DNA of 40,196 nucleotides from a virus (lineage: Duplodnaviria; Caudoviricetes), in the IMG/VR virus record IMGVR_UViG_3300037440_000525, positions 1-40,196 of that record, one strand, 5' to 3'. Both the position numbers and the translations under genes were made by a program. Every line of letters starts with the position of its first letter. The first letter of the stretch is position 1. Shown here piece after piece: positions 26,601-36,857 of the stretch. Under the pieces are notes generated by a model. The model had not been told where the DNA came from, searched no databases, and saw only the letters and a program-made list of their open reading frames with translations.

Positions 26601-27255
26601 TGTTCCAGGGACAGCAGGCGACAAAACAGGTACGGAAGTAGGACTTCTACCTTCTATTGAAGATGTGATTAAAGAAGAAAGAGAAGCAACTACATTACGG
26701 AATAAAGTAGTCCAGGATGAATTAGATGCTAAAAATAAAGCTCTTGGTGAAAGCTTTAAAACCGCTGCTAATAACGCAGCACAACTTGCTTTGAGTTTTT
26801 CTGATTTATTCGCTGCAATGCAAGGAGGGCAAAGTAAAGGAGCTAGACTTGGTGGAATACTTAGTGCTATTGGTGGGGTATTAACAGCCGTTGGTACGGC
26901 AACTGGTAACCCATTTATAGGCGGGGCAGGGGTAATAATTGGTGCAACAGGCCAAATAGCAACAAAGAATTTTGCAAACGGCGGTGAGGTAGGTACTGAT
27001 ACTGTCCCTGCTATGCTAACACCAGGCGAATTTGTAATGAATCGCCAATCTACTGATAGAAATTACGCTCAATTAAAAGCAATAAATGGGTTTAAATATC
27101 ATGCAGATGGTGGTAGAATATCTAATACGACGACAAATGTTGGTGATATAAACTTAAATATCAATGGTGGATCATCAACTGCTAGAGATGCCACCGGCTT
27201 AGTAAGTGAAATATCAAGGTTAATTCGAAATGGAAGGGCGAACGCCTTAGCATGA
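23671..27255 (+). CDS. Tail tape measure protein (TP901-like core)
   Basis: About 1190 aa helical A/L-rich; LSSVLKSYNL, SDKLFKAAELG core; hydrophobic segments; FANGGEVGTDTVPAMLTPGEFVMN C-terminal motif; start ATG 23671 with AGGAG RBS. Confidence 0.93.
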   Translation: MADFNASANFSQLIAEISKANDVWRAYAGAQKQATTATKDFLKSNASLQSGITSTTKLFDQYNQAINNTAQRVDTTSKSVKDQSEVIKDNNKNIKEMTLSWSTFGRLAVFSIASQALSTFTNSLKESISESIKFRVELGRIQTISQENQLTTNEWAKGLKNVAGEFNLDLLDATAAAYLAISNQVANGADTFNFLAEAARLSKIAQADLTQSTNALSSVLKSYNLEVDATREISDKLFKAAELGRLPLEAISDSIGTVTVAANSLGVGIDEVLATLATLTVQGVTPANAMTFLRNVLLKVIKPTDAMKEAVAELGFSSAEAGIKSLGLINFIESLGNTTNGSVGEMAELFNSIRAIQGVLGITGKNTELFRKNLEGIGNASKSADEALKLFTATAAERLSKQLNQLKVNLEGFGDGFTKVITPVIELFGGLTNVVGIFSVAILVKAIPALAVYKTTIIAAAVATKGFLLVLGPIALAVGAVAFAYQKYNEALAESVAVNARLEKATLNLANVGTDIFIKNLERSYVESNNVISRQIEGITRNQKSLLASTKIFNDEVINLSKKTTESLESNVKDIRKNVEGLKDGINLLDNEIKGFSFGTSPLESAFAKIRKAREDANAALQGEDAKGLVKAQELERKGLKELAAIAKGSVEAVEIVQNRTAKALEQQQKDLETLKSNLHKNEVERRNELLRLENELQGKKILLDTPVTKITGAETGEQARLAQENRERGLSLLVLAEKDKDIQLTIIDQINKERLAAADVEHKERLKNLREEATENKTRLEAAVKTLKDSNKQIFEDIKKNNLAIERANTLNANTRAKQASGLNFFFGADEDLKNIIDLTGRNRAALDTNNITLKNRLEQNKALGKELAEQLGTQKEQTKEIEKQNKLTDPLTQARPGDLFNPEIRPAFESDFKSAVAKAQAVNANILKEAGITPTASQVSLDDIVPEVDLNLKKSSTGALAVTIENPVTGGGLPDVPGTAGDKTGTEVGLLPSIEDVIKEEREATTLRNKVVQDELDAKNKALGESFKTAANNAAQLALSFSDLFAAMQGGQSKGARLGGILSAIGGVLTAVGTATGNPFIGGAGVIIGATGQIATKNFANGGEVGTDTVPAMLTPGEFVMNRQSTDRNYAQLKAINGFKYHADGGRISNTTTNVGDINLNINGGSSTARDATGLVSEISRLIRNGRANALA

Positions 27256-28877
27256 GTTTTAGAGATCAAACTATACCATGTCCAACGACTGTTATCCAAC
27301 TTGTTCATGCAGATTATGCAGAGGATGGCTCTCTTATCAAAAAAGACGGTATAGAATTACCTATTCTTGAATTCGGTAATAGAGAAACCGTCACAACTTA
27401 TAAAAGTAGTGCCTTCACCGCCTCTGAACGCTTGAGAATGTCCTACGATGTAGGTTGGCCTGTAGATATTTCTTATCACATGGATTTTTTAAATCTACAA
27501 AAACAATATAAAGATGAATGGCAAAGATTTTATTCGACTTATGCAGGTTGCCCTGTTTGGTTAAAAGAGCCAGAATGTCATTGGAAGTTTGGCTACATTC
27601 AAAATTCAGGTGTGCCAATTACTACTGTTAGAGATAAAGATCAAAATTGTGGAAGGTACGAACTAAGTTTTGATTTTATTGAAATTCCCCAAGAAAACCC
27701 GCCTCCAGTTTGTACAACCAGAGTTTATGCTAGGTATATGCAATTAGGGGATGAATGGACACCACCTACAGCCCCCGAAGGTTCTTTAGGTTGGGTAATC
27801 ACTTATTCTCTTTTAACGGCTAGCCCTCCTACTGTTACAGGTTCAGGGGATGCACCAAAAATAGTAATAGATACAAATACCCCCGGGTATGGTACTCCTA
27901 CCGCTGACGGTTGTCCAATCCAAGTGAGTGTAATGTATTTGTGTGAAGAAAGCCCTTTAATTCCAGGCGTTGATTTCACTAGTGGTACAGCCCAAGAAAA
28001 TTTTGTTAATATTGCTGAAAATACTTCTAATCCTTCCCAGTTGGCTGTACTTGATTTAATTCTCGAAGCGTTAGGCATGGACTCGGATTGTGATATTCAC
28101 GATTGGAATCCAATTTACACAGATTTTCAACAATTTTTAATAGATAACCCTGATTTTATTCTTGATATTTCAGATACAGGGGCGACAGATTTAAATCAAA
28201 TAAATACCCTTACAAATCTTAAAAAATTAAAAGCTTCAAATAATTTTTTAACAAATTACACCTTGGATAATTTGGATAATTTAGCTTTAAATTACATTGT
28301 TTTAGATAACAATCTTTTTGGTATGGAAGCTGTAAAAGGTCTCCTACCTTACCTTGATACTTTAAAACATATTGATATGAGTCATAATCAACTACAAGAA
28401 ATTTACCTATACAACTTAGACCAAGATGGTGTAGGTGGGGCGAACACTCCTAACCCTTTTGTTACTGATTATTTCAATATTTCATATAATTTTGTACCTG
28501 CTGGAAGTAATGCAGGGTTAAGAACCAAGGAATTTCATTTTACATGGAATATTTTTCCAACTACAGGGGCGACAGATGGATCGGATTTTTGGGAAAATAC
28601 CTATGGTAAAAATAGCTTTATGAATTCGATATTTGCAGGGTATCATTTTGAGATAATGGAAGTATTGGATTTAACAGGAACCGCGTTACAATATAGTTTT
28701 AATGCTGCAACTGTGACAAATCAACCTAGTACAGTTATTGATCAAATAATTACTAGAATGCTTGCGGATGGTAGATCACTTAGTGAGGCGAAAGCCATTA
28801 TTATTCGTGATCCAAAATGGGAAAATATACTTGAACCTCCAACATATAACCAGGATGATGTACTAAGTGGTTTTTAA
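27252..28877 (+). CDS. Distal-tail (Dit)-like protein fused to leucine-rich repeats
   Basis: First gene after the tape measure; N-terminal ~145-aa domain ending YELSFDFIE; LTNLKKLKASNNFL and LDTLKHIDMSHNQL fit LxxLxxLxLxxNxL. Confidence 0.65.
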   Translation: MSFRDQTIPCPTTVIQLVHADYAEDGSLIKKDGIELPILEFGNRETVTTYKSSAFTASERLRMSYDVGWPVDISYHMDFLNLQKQYKDEWQRFYSTYAGCPVWLKEPECHWKFGYIQNSGVPITTVRDKDQNCGRYELSFDFIEIPQENPPPVCTTRVYARYMQLGDEWTPPTAPEGSLGWVITYSLLTASPPTVTGSGDAPKIVIDTNTPGYGTPTADGCPIQVSVMYLCEESPLIPGVDFTSGTAQENFVNIAENTSNPSQLAVLDLILEALGMDSDCDIHDWNPIYTDFQQFLIDNPDFILDISDTGATDLNQINTLTNLKKLKASNNFLTNYTLDNLDNLALNYIVLDNNLFGMEAVKGLLPYLDTLKHIDMSHNQLQEIYLYNLDQDGVGGANTPNPFVTDYFNISYNFVPAGSNAGLRTKEFHFTWNIFPTTGATDGSDFWENTYGKNSFMNSIFAGYHFEIMEVLDLTGTALQYSFNAATVTNQPSTVIDQIITRMLADGRSLSEAKAIIIRDPKWENILEPPTYNQDDVLSGF

Positions 28878-29670
28878 TGGCGAAGAACATACTCACATGC
28901 CCTACATTTTTGAAGACAAATTGTACCATTGTCGGGCTTCATTAGTTGATAGAATTCTAGAATTAGATGCTCATTCAACTCCCAGGCCAGGTTTTTCAAC
29001 TCCTTATAGAGCTTATGATATCTATAGATCCGACTTAGATGGGTCAAATATTGAAAAAATAGGAGGTGGTTTTGGCGAAAAATCAATTAATTGTTCGCCC
29101 ACCGCTTTTAGGGAAAATGGAATATTAAAAGTTAATTATGTTTCAACTCCGACTTCTTACTTAAGTACTCTTATTTACCGTCAATACCAAAAGAGTTTTG
29201 TAAATGGTGCTTGGACAATGAAGAAGTTTGTCCCAAATCCATTTGGTTTTAGGGTTTACTGTAATACAGAGGATGAAAGAAGACAATATTTTTGCTATGC
29301 TGCGTATCGGGATTCTCATTTATTTATTATAGATAAAACCTATAAGGTAAAAACAAATATTTGGTTTAAGTCAGGAGTTGGTATACTTAGAAGGGCAATA
29401 CCAGCAGGGGATAAGGTTTTAATAACTTACTCTACTTGGGACGACACTGAAATAAACACCTCATTAATTGATCTAAACAACATGACCAGTAAAAAAGTAA
29501 AAGTAAATGGAAGTCATATTTATAAATGCACCATGCACGAGGATTATGTGATTCACGCTGTGAAGAATCCTGGTGCTTATAATATGCAACTACATAAAGG
29601 CTATTTCACTTTATCCACCGATAACATAAGTTGGGAGGAAACAAGTGATATTTTCGTGGCCAATAGATAA
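28867..29670 (+). CDS. Hypothetical beta-rich protein (possible propeller)
   Basis: YDIYRSDLDGSNIEKI resembles a TolB-like blade; start uncertain. Confidence 0.55.
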   Translation: MVFNGEEHTHMPYIFEDKLYHCRASLVDRILELDAHSTPRPGFSTPYRAYDIYRSDLDGSNIEKIGGGFGEKSINCSPTAFRENGILKVNYVSTPTSYLSTLIYRQYQKSFVNGAWTMKKFVPNPFGFRVYCNTEDERRQYFCYAAYRDSHLFIIDKTYKVKTNIWFKSGVGILRRAIPAGDKVLITYSTWDDTEINTSLIDLNNMTSKKVKVNGSHIYKCTMHEDYVIHAVKNPGAYNMQLHKGYFTLSTDNISWEETSDIFVANR

Positions 29671-32600
29671 CCCAACTGTTTCGGTTACAGTTAGAGACCC
29701 TGATTATCGGGATCAAGTTACCGACCATGTTGGCACAACTTTAAAAAGAATGGAAGATGGAAAAGTAATCCCTTTCAATCAGTTAGAGGTTCAAAAAACT
29801 GTTTCAATGACTTTTAGTAACATCGGTTACAAAAGAATGAAAAAGTTTATGAAGTTTTTAATTGATACTAATGGCCAACCAATACGAGTGGAAGGTATAG
29901 CAGGTTTTACAGAAGATTCAGGGCAAACTTGTACTGTAATTACTGATCCATTTTCAATTATCACACAAAATAGACAGCATAAACAGTTAAACATCACTCT
30001 ATCTTTACAACAATCAATTGTCTTACAAGGTAAACACCAAGAAAGACCAGATGGTAATGCCTCTGGTGTTCCGTACCGCCATAATTCTTTTTACCTAATT
30101 GGTGGTAATGATGGTTTGGCTTTATTAGGGTACAATACTGAATATGCTAGATTTCTGGGTGAGGATGGGGTATGGACTGAAAGAGTACCTATTCTAGCTC
30201 CTGATAGAGAACATCATTGTGGTTTTACAGATGAAACCGATGGTTCTTTATATGTTACAGGAGGAACAAATGGATCTAGTAAACAGACTAGGGCTAATAA
30301 ATACACCCCTATTTTTGCTTCGGGTGGTACTTGGTTCACACTTAGTAGCTCATTGAATATCGCTAGAACAGATGCCGAAGGTTTTTATTTTGATGGTAAA
30401 GGATGGGTGACAGGTGGTAGAAATGTCACAAATGTTATAGACTCTATTGAAAATTATGAATTTGAAAGTTGGTCACAAAATATTTTATCTTTACCCTATG
30501 CAAGAGCTGATCACGCTAGTTTTGTAGCGGTAGTACAAGATCTTGGTTCAGGTAGTGGAAGTTCAGGTGTAGAGTTAGAATTACCTGATGAACAACCTTT
30601 TATTATTGGCGGTGTTAATTCAGTAGGTACGGTACTAGACTCCACCATTGTGCTTAGAAATGGTGCATGGGTTGAGGTAATGCCCTTAAATAATCCTGCA
30701 AAAAGTTTACGAGGTGGATATTCACAAAGTAATGATCAAGGGTATGTTTTCGGCGGTGAAGACAGTGGATTAACTGATAATGTAGAGACATATATACCAT
30801 CGGCAGATACTTGGGCTGTGTTAGCTACATTATTACCAAATGTTATTTCAGAGCATTCAGGAGCTTCACTTGTTGAAGCAATATATTCAATTGGTGGTAG
30901 AGATGGATCAACCATTTATGATACTAATTGGGAATATACGGAAGCAAATGCAATTTGGGTAGCAAGACAGCCAATAACTACAACGGGAAATTTAAATTCT
31001 CCTAGATACAATAGTATTGCATTGTCTTCATGGGCTGGTGGTTCACCTATACCCGAAGCTCAATTACCTGGAAATACTGAAGATACTCCTATTGGAGATT
31101 ATGTAGTTGTAACAGGGGGTAATAGTTTTACAGATACAGGATCGGATGCTAAAAAAGGGTATACATTAAATAATAATACTTGGACATGGGACTATGGTTC
31201 CTATGTTACTGAAAATAATTTACCTAAAGCTTTAGCTCTTCACCAACAAGGCGTAGTAAATAAAGAAGTTTTTGTTTTGGATGGTGCTACGAGTAGGGAT
31301 TACCCTGAATTTGGGGTATATAAATTTGATGTGGCAAAAACATGGTCTACCTTACTTGATTTAATTCAACCAGTTGGAGTAGGTTCAAGGAATGTTAGAT
31401 ATCTAGGCAATGCCGAAGTATACCAAGGTGATATTTACACAGTGAATGGAGCTAAGGAACCACCTATTAGTTTTAGATCTATAAATGGATCAATAGATGT
31501 TTTTAACCCATCGGCTGGATGGTCAAAAGAAATAACATTTCAAACACCTTTATATTTTTATACAGGGCATGTAAATGCTGCAAGTGCTTTATATCAAGAT
31601 CTTATTCTTCTTATAGCTGGTTTCGTTAGAAATGAAAATGGAATATCTACTGCACTAGTAAGAACTAATAAAGTTACAGGGTATAATATAACCACTAAAG
31701 CATTAAAAATAATGACCCCTATGTTAGCTTTAGGAGGCCCCCAAACTTTAAAATCTGGTTTGTCCGCTTTAAATATAAATAATGATATTTATTCATTTAG
31801 TGGTGCTTACACAAACTTATTGATAGATAAAAGAACATTAAAATATGACCCATTGTTAGATGTTTGGACAGACCAAGCCCCAGGAACAGATCAAGCTGTT
31901 GCCCCACAAAATTATGGTTGTGCAAATACTTCCATTGATACTAATGGTATGACTTGTGGTGGTGAGGATGGGGATGGAGGCAAGTTTGGGAACACCATGA
32001 TTTATGACACACTAACTAATGCATGGGGAACAAGTGCAGTTACTCCTATTTCATTATCTGAGTGTCGAGCATCTTTAACTAACAAAATAACAGATGTTGT
32101 AGCAGGTGCCGATGTTGTTTTAGTTGGGGGGAATAGTCATACTAGTAGAAATGTAGCGTCAAATTGTTACAGGCATAATGTTATTAACAATGTCTACACT
32201 AAAATACCTACTCTATCTTTCTTGCATTCTTTTGCTTGTGAGACTTTGAATGATCTTGTTTATGCTATTGGTGTCAATCTTTTTGACTCAACCTATGATG
32301 TTGCAGGGTATAATAATTCAAGAACTGTAAATGTTTATGATCCTGGTACTGGCTCTATTGCTACGGGTTTTGAATTTAATTGGGATACCCAGACAACTAA
32401 TTACACTAAAATACCAAATGGAGTTCCATATAATGAAATGGCTCACGCTGCATATAATAATGAAATGTATTTATATGCAGGTGTAACAGGAAATGCAAAT
32501 AGATCCCAACCTTTTGTTAATTATGGAGTCCTTGACCCAGCTGATAGACAAATATTTAAATATGATCCACTTGGATTAGCGGGAGTGACTAAAGGAGCTT

Positions 32601-33160
32601 TTATTCAGTCTCAAGATCAATTGACAGGTGGTGGATTACAGAAGAAAGCTACTAATAATCAAGATAAAAATTATATAATAGGTGGGCATGCATTCTTTAC
32701 TATATTTAAATCAGGTGGTAGAATAGGCTCTAATATAATTAATTCTCATAACAAACACGATTTAGGGTTTGATAGTGTCACTGTTTTAGAAAACACTCCC
32801 GCCCCTTTAACGGATGGGTGCTATGCGTCAATGGCTGATGGGGACAATTATTATGTTTCAGGGAGTTATGATTCAAGTGTATGGAAATACGATGTTTCTG
32901 GAGACTCTTATAGTAATGAAAGGGATTTTAAAAGATTTTTTTCAGGTACTGGTAGAGCAAGGGGTAATTTCTTCCATCTATACCCAGGTTTAAATGAAAG
33001 TACACCTCCTTTTGGGGATAGTTCTGTTTATACAACAAGACCTAACCCAACAAGAGAGACATATATTTTTAGTTTAGTAGGGAATTTTATATCGCACTCT
33101 GGTTTTGTGCCAGATGGTGATGCAGGGCTTGGTATTAGGCGTAATTCAACTTTAGTTTAA
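29645..33160 (+). CDS. Tail protein with Dit-like N-terminus and multiple Kelch beta-propellers
   Basis: Many Kelch blades (LYVTGG, GWVTGG, YVFGG, IYSIGG..YD/YE..W); GGAGGA RBS. Confidence 0.85.
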   Translation: MIFSWPIDNPTVSVTVRDPDYRDQVTDHVGTTLKRMEDGKVIPFNQLEVQKTVSMTFSNIGYKRMKKFMKFLIDTNGQPIRVEGIAGFTEDSGQTCTVITDPFSIITQNRQHKQLNITLSLQQSIVLQGKHQERPDGNASGVPYRHNSFYLIGGNDGLALLGYNTEYARFLGEDGVWTERVPILAPDREHHCGFTDETDGSLYVTGGTNGSSKQTRANKYTPIFASGGTWFTLSSSLNIARTDAEGFYFDGKGWVTGGRNVTNVIDSIENYEFESWSQNILSLPYARADHASFVAVVQDLGSGSGSSGVELELPDEQPFIIGGVNSVGTVLDSTIVLRNGAWVEVMPLNNPAKSLRGGYSQSNDQGYVFGGEDSGLTDNVETYIPSADTWAVLATLLPNVISEHSGASLVEAIYSIGGRDGSTIYDTNWEYTEANAIWVARQPITTTGNLNSPRYNSIALSSWAGGSPIPEAQLPGNTEDTPIGDYVVVTGGNSFTDTGSDAKKGYTLNNNTWTWDYGSYVTENNLPKALALHQQGVVNKEVFVLDGATSRDYPEFGVYKFDVAKTWSTLLDLIQPVGVGSRNVRYLGNAEVYQGDIYTVNGAKEPPISFRSINGSIDVFNPSAGWSKEITFQTPLYFYTGHVNAASALYQDLILLIAGFVRNENGISTALVRTNKVTGYNITTKALKIMTPMLALGGPQTLKSGLSALNINNDIYSFSGAYTNLLIDKRTLKYDPLLDVWTDQAPGTDQAVAPQNYGCANTSIDTNGMTCGGEDGDGGKFGNTMIYDTLTNAWGTSAVTPISLSECRASLTNKITDVVAGADVVLVGGNSHTSRNVASNCYRHNVINNVYTKIPTLSFLHSFACETLNDLVYAIGVNLFDSTYDVAGYNNSRTVNVYDPGTGSIATGFEFNWDTQTTNYTKIPNGVPYNEMAHAAYNNEMYLYAGVTGNANRSQPFVNYGVLDPADRQIFKYDPLGLAGVTKGAFIQSQDQLTGGGLQKKATNNQDKNYIIGGHAFFTIFKSGGRIGSNIINSHNKHDLGFDSVTVLENTPAPLTDGCYASMADGDNYYVSGSYDSSVWKYDVSGDSYSNERDFKRFFSGTGRARGNFFHLYPGLNESTPPFGDSSVYTTRPNPTRETYIFSLVGNFISHSGFVPDGDAGLGIRRNSTLV

Positions 33161-33173
33161 CTGGAGGGTTAAA

Positions 33174-33845
33174 GTGTTAGAAAGATTTGATAAAGACCGA
33201 AAATTATACCATTCAAAGTTTCAAATTCACACATTTATCATTCGTGAAAATGGCCGTGATTTATATGGAATGTATAAACAAGCATTAAGAGAACTTTACT
33301 CTAGAGAGTCAAGTTTAAAAACCTTATACGCCCAAAAGTTAAGGGCCGAAATAGATATGGATGAATTAAAATACGACATAGATATTTTAAAAGAATCGGA
33401 AAATCCAAAGGATGCTTTTACACTTCAAAGGAAATACATAGAAGAAGGTTCTTTAAATATTGGTTATAAAGATTTGAAATTTTCTATTGAAGAAACAGAA
33501 AGAGAGTTTAAAGAGTTTTATAATATCGCCCACCATTTAAAAGATAAATTAGGTGATATAAATGAGGAAGAATTAGAAGAACAATTTTGGGTTAATAAAA
33601 TAGAGACTCAAATGGCTAAAGATTATAAAACTACCGGTAGGATAGGAGCTGACACAATGAAGCTTCTTTCTGCACTACCTGATGAATTGAGTTTGCCTAT
33701 TTACGCTACAAAACACGCCTTAGAAACTAATCCAACTTTAATAGGTAAATTTGTTAAAGAAAGATCTGAATTCTTAAACTGGGATTTTGATGAAATTCCT
33801 AATAAATTAGAAAAACCTGTACAGGAATTGATTAATGGCTCATGA
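33174..33845 (+). CDS. Coiled-coil protein associated with the Kelch tail protein
   Basis: HSKFQIHTFII..YGMYKQALRELY.R then coiled coil and EEQFW; GGAGG RBS. Confidence 0.7.
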   Translation: MLERFDKDRKLYHSKFQIHTFIIRENGRDLYGMYKQALRELYSRESSLKTLYAQKLRAEIDMDELKYDIDILKESENPKDAFTLQRKYIEEGSLNIGYKDLKFSIEETEREFKEFYNIAHHLKDKLGDINEEELEEQFWVNKIETQMAKDYKTTGRIGADTMKLLSALPDELSLPIYATKHALETNPTLIGKFVKERSEFLNWDFDEIPNKLEKPVQELINGS

Positions 33846-36513
33846 ATTAACTGCTACTTTAGAAGCAGCTCTCTTAGATACAAGATGTAAAAGTGTCTTA
33901 ACTATTGTTACTGTTTATTGGCAGGAAGGTATTATCAATTATTCAGAGCAGGAATATTTGATAATACCTGAAACAGGTATCTACACTTTTCCAGGTTTAA
34001 TTCAATTAGGGCAATTGGATATTGGTAAAAGGCTTAATAATAATGGTACTACATCTTCATTTGATGTTGTTTTATCTGACTCTGACGGTCATTTAAAAGA
34101 GAAGGTAAATCGTGAAGTATTAAATGGTGTAAAAGTTGAAGTTTGGTTAGGCGTAAAAGGAATACCAAAAGCTGAGTCTTTATTATTAGCCACAGGGTTG
34201 ATTAATGGGGATTCTATTAGATGGAAAGATGCTTCGAGGGTTCTAAGCTTTCAAGTAGAAACAGTTGTTAGCTCTAATGATTTAACTTTCCGTGCTTATA
34301 AAGATATGATTACAGGGGCGAATGAAGGTTTTGAAGAAAAACTATGGCCATTTGTTTTTGGATCCCCTAAAAATGTTGAATTAGTTGAATACATTGGGGC
34401 TAAATTTGCCTATTCTTCTAAATATTTTACATACTCAGGTGTGACAGGAAATGGAGAAGAAGCTTGGATTATTAATTCACTTAGTGGTTTTGCTTTAGAT
34501 ACTACATATATTGTTGACGCTTATGATGCAGATGATCCAGCTGGTGGGACTGTTAGGGATAATATCACAGGTAGATTTCATCCATATATTGATGGAGCTT
34601 TTATTTTTGTACAAGATAGTACAAATCCTTCTACAACCCCTTTACCTGTTCTACAAGATAGAAATATGGCCGGGGCGTCAGGCGATCCTTCACCAACTGA
34701 TTTTAGGTTCTGGTGGGTTGATACAGATCCAGGAGTAAATGATTTAACAGGTAAATGGGTTGTCTTTGGTGATTTACAAGATAGACCTATTATTCACTCT
34801 TGTTTAATTCTTGACCATGCAACTGATAGTGGAGGTAATCATTATATTGAATTATCTCACATGCCTAGATGGGGATCCTTAGAAGACGAAAGAAATTCAA
34901 CAGGGGATTTAAATTGGAGAAACTGGTATGCTAAATTCATTGTTTCTTCTAATGGAAAAATTCAATCGAATATTTTTATCCAAGATATTGCCGAACTTCC
35001 AAAATTCCAGTGGGGTGTTAGAGCTTTAAGATTTTATGAAACAACTATTATTGCTGGCCTAGGTGGGTCTAAACAACAAAGAAAAACAGAGGATGATGAT
35101 GTAACATTAAGAGAATATATTCAACAACAAGTAACATCTACAGGTGATTCAGTTATAGTGGCTGTGACCCAATTAACAGGCAATGAATTTATTACTGTTT
35201 ATGAATTTAGCTTCCAACCTGAGAATAAAGACAGTTATAGTCTAGGCGTTAAAGGATATGGGTGGGAGTTTGTAGATAAAAATGGGTTCGAACAAAGCAC
35301 TATCCAAGATGTGAATGAAGGTGGTGTGAAATCTATTGTGTTTGAACCTGACGATGGGTTAAACTCCGCTAAATATATAGCTAATATTTGGCCATCCATT
35401 TTAGAACAAGATGGGGATGCAAATGTTAAAATTTTTGCCGAAACAGAAAGATCTGGAAGTGTAATTAGAATACCACCTACTCAAGTAACTGTAACTCAAG
35501 ATGATTTAATTCCTCAAGAAGAAATAAAACACACTTTAGTAGAAATAGAACCACCACCAATATTCAATGTGGCTGATAAATTATCGGGAGTTGTTTACAG
35601 CTCTTTAAATACAGCAATGACCGTTCACGATGGTATTGGGGGGACAATTGCAGTTGACACTTCTAATGCTGTAGAGGTAATTGCATGGCTTTTAAATACT
35701 TACACAAGTTTAAGTGTTAGTGAATCAGATAATTTCCAAGAATTAAAAGCCGTAGTAGCAAATAGACCTATGGCTTTTGTTATAAACTCCGAAATAGACG
35801 CTATTACTTTAGCCCAACAAATAGCATGGGAACATAAATTAGTTTTATTAGAATTTAATAATACTGTAAGAATAATTAATTTAAATGTTGAACCTGTTAT
35901 TGAGCAAGCTTTTGATAAATCTAATATTGAATTAAGATCTATTGAAATGGGGTATACACCTCTTACAGATATAATCACTCAATTTAGATTCAGGTATTTT
36001 GCTAAAAAGAACGATAAAGTAGGCCAAGTAATAGCTTTTAACAACAATGTCACTAGATATGGTGAGAAAAAACAATTTATTGATATTTTAACCCACGATA
36101 ATAAAGAAGCCGTATTTGATTTAATGAAATTCTGGGGGAATAGATTATCGAGGTCTTGGAGAACTGTTTTCTTTAAAGCTTCTATAGATAATGTTAGGTT
36201 ACAACCTTTTGATGGAATAACAATTAATCATCCTCAAGTCAGTACAAATACTGTTACTGGTTTTATTGACGATATTAGATATACTCCTGATAATAAAGAC
36301 TTGGTTTTAAAAGTAACTTTAGCTAGTGAAGCTTCTGACACTAATGAAGATTCTCAGCCAGTTACAGACCCATCATATTGGTTAGGGTTGACAGATTTAG
36401 TCTTAAAAAATGATTTAAGAGTTGGGATACTAACTCCTAATGATGGTGCGGTGAATCGTAGGTTCATCTTAGAAGACACCAACACTTTAAAACCTTTTCA
36501 AAGGAGAGTATGA
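33835..36513 (+). CDS. Tail tip / hub protein
   Basis: N-terminal SSFDVVLSDSDG..V.VWLG..G.I..W..F pattern, PFVFG, C-terminal YGEK..I..RLQPFDGITI typical of central tail proteins. Confidence 0.7.
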   Translation: MAHELTATLEAALLDTRCKSVLTIVTVYWQEGIINYSEQEYLIIPETGIYTFPGLIQLGQLDIGKRLNNNGTTSSFDVVLSDSDGHLKEKVNREVLNGVKVEVWLGVKGIPKAESLLLATGLINGDSIRWKDASRVLSFQVETVVSSNDLTFRAYKDMITGANEGFEEKLWPFVFGSPKNVELVEYIGAKFAYSSKYFTYSGVTGNGEEAWIINSLSGFALDTTYIVDAYDADDPAGGTVRDNITGRFHPYIDGAFIFVQDSTNPSTTPLPVLQDRNMAGASGDPSPTDFRFWWVDTDPGVNDLTGKWVVFGDLQDRPIIHSCLILDHATDSGGNHYIELSHMPRWGSLEDERNSTGDLNWRNWYAKFIVSSNGKIQSNIFIQDIAELPKFQWGVRALRFYETTIIAGLGGSKQQRKTEDDDVTLREYIQQQVTSTGDSVIVAVTQLTGNEFITVYEFSFQPENKDSYSLGVKGYGWEFVDKNGFEQSTIQDVNEGGVKSIVFEPDDGLNSAKYIANIWPSILEQDGDANVKIFAETERSGSVIRIPPTQVTVTQDDLIPQEEIKHTLVEIEPPPIFNVADKLSGVVYSSLNTAMTVHDGIGGTIAVDTSNAVEVIAWLLNTYTSLSVSESDNFQELKAVVANRPMAFVINSEIDAITLAQQIAWEHKLVLLEFNNTVRIINLNVEPVIEQAFDKSNIELRSIEMGYTPLTDIITQFRFRYFAKKNDKVGQVIAFNNNVTRYGEKKQFIDILTHDNKEAVFDLMKFWGNRLSRSWRTVFFKASIDNVRLQPFDGITINHPQVSTNTVTGFIDDIRYTPDNKDLVLKVTLASEASDTNEDSQPVTDPSYWLGLTDLVLKNDLRVGILTPNDGAVNRRFILEDTNTLKPFQRRV

Positions 36514-36857
36514 TGTTAGATGTGTTAATTGCCGTGGTAACAGTTTCAGTACCTATATTGTTGACTTTCGGTCTCAATATGTTATCTAAAAAATTTAACT
36601 GGGATGAAGGAGAAAGGGAAGTTTGGCAAGGTTTGGCTACTGCTGCCCAAAAACTTTATGATGAACAGGTTAAAGCTTTAAAAGATGGTAGAGCTGATGG
36701 TAAACTAACCAAAGAAGAAGCTAAAAAAATGCGAGACATTGCCGTTGAAAATGCCAAGCAATATTTAACTAAAAATGGTAAAAAAGTTTATGAAGTTTAT
36801 GGTAAAGATAAATTAAATGCTCTTTTAGAGCGTGTTATAAAGAAAGCAAAAGAATGA
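36510..36857 (+). CDS. Putative holin (one N-terminal TM)
   Basis: Hydrophobic N-terminus, DGKLTKEEAK soluble domain; AAGGAG RBS; precedes spanin-like genes. Confidence 0.55.
   Translation: MMLDVLIAVVTVSVPILLTFGLNMLSKKFNWDEGEREVWQGLATAAQKLYDEQVKALKDGRADGKLTKEEAKKMRDIAVENAKQYLTKNGKKVYEVYGKDKLNALLERVIKKAKE

Noticed and set aside
16445-36513. Diversity-generating retroelement targeting tail proteins
   Set aside because: No reverse transcriptase and no adenine-variant repeat pair noticed by eye; a self-alignment would be needed to exclude it fully
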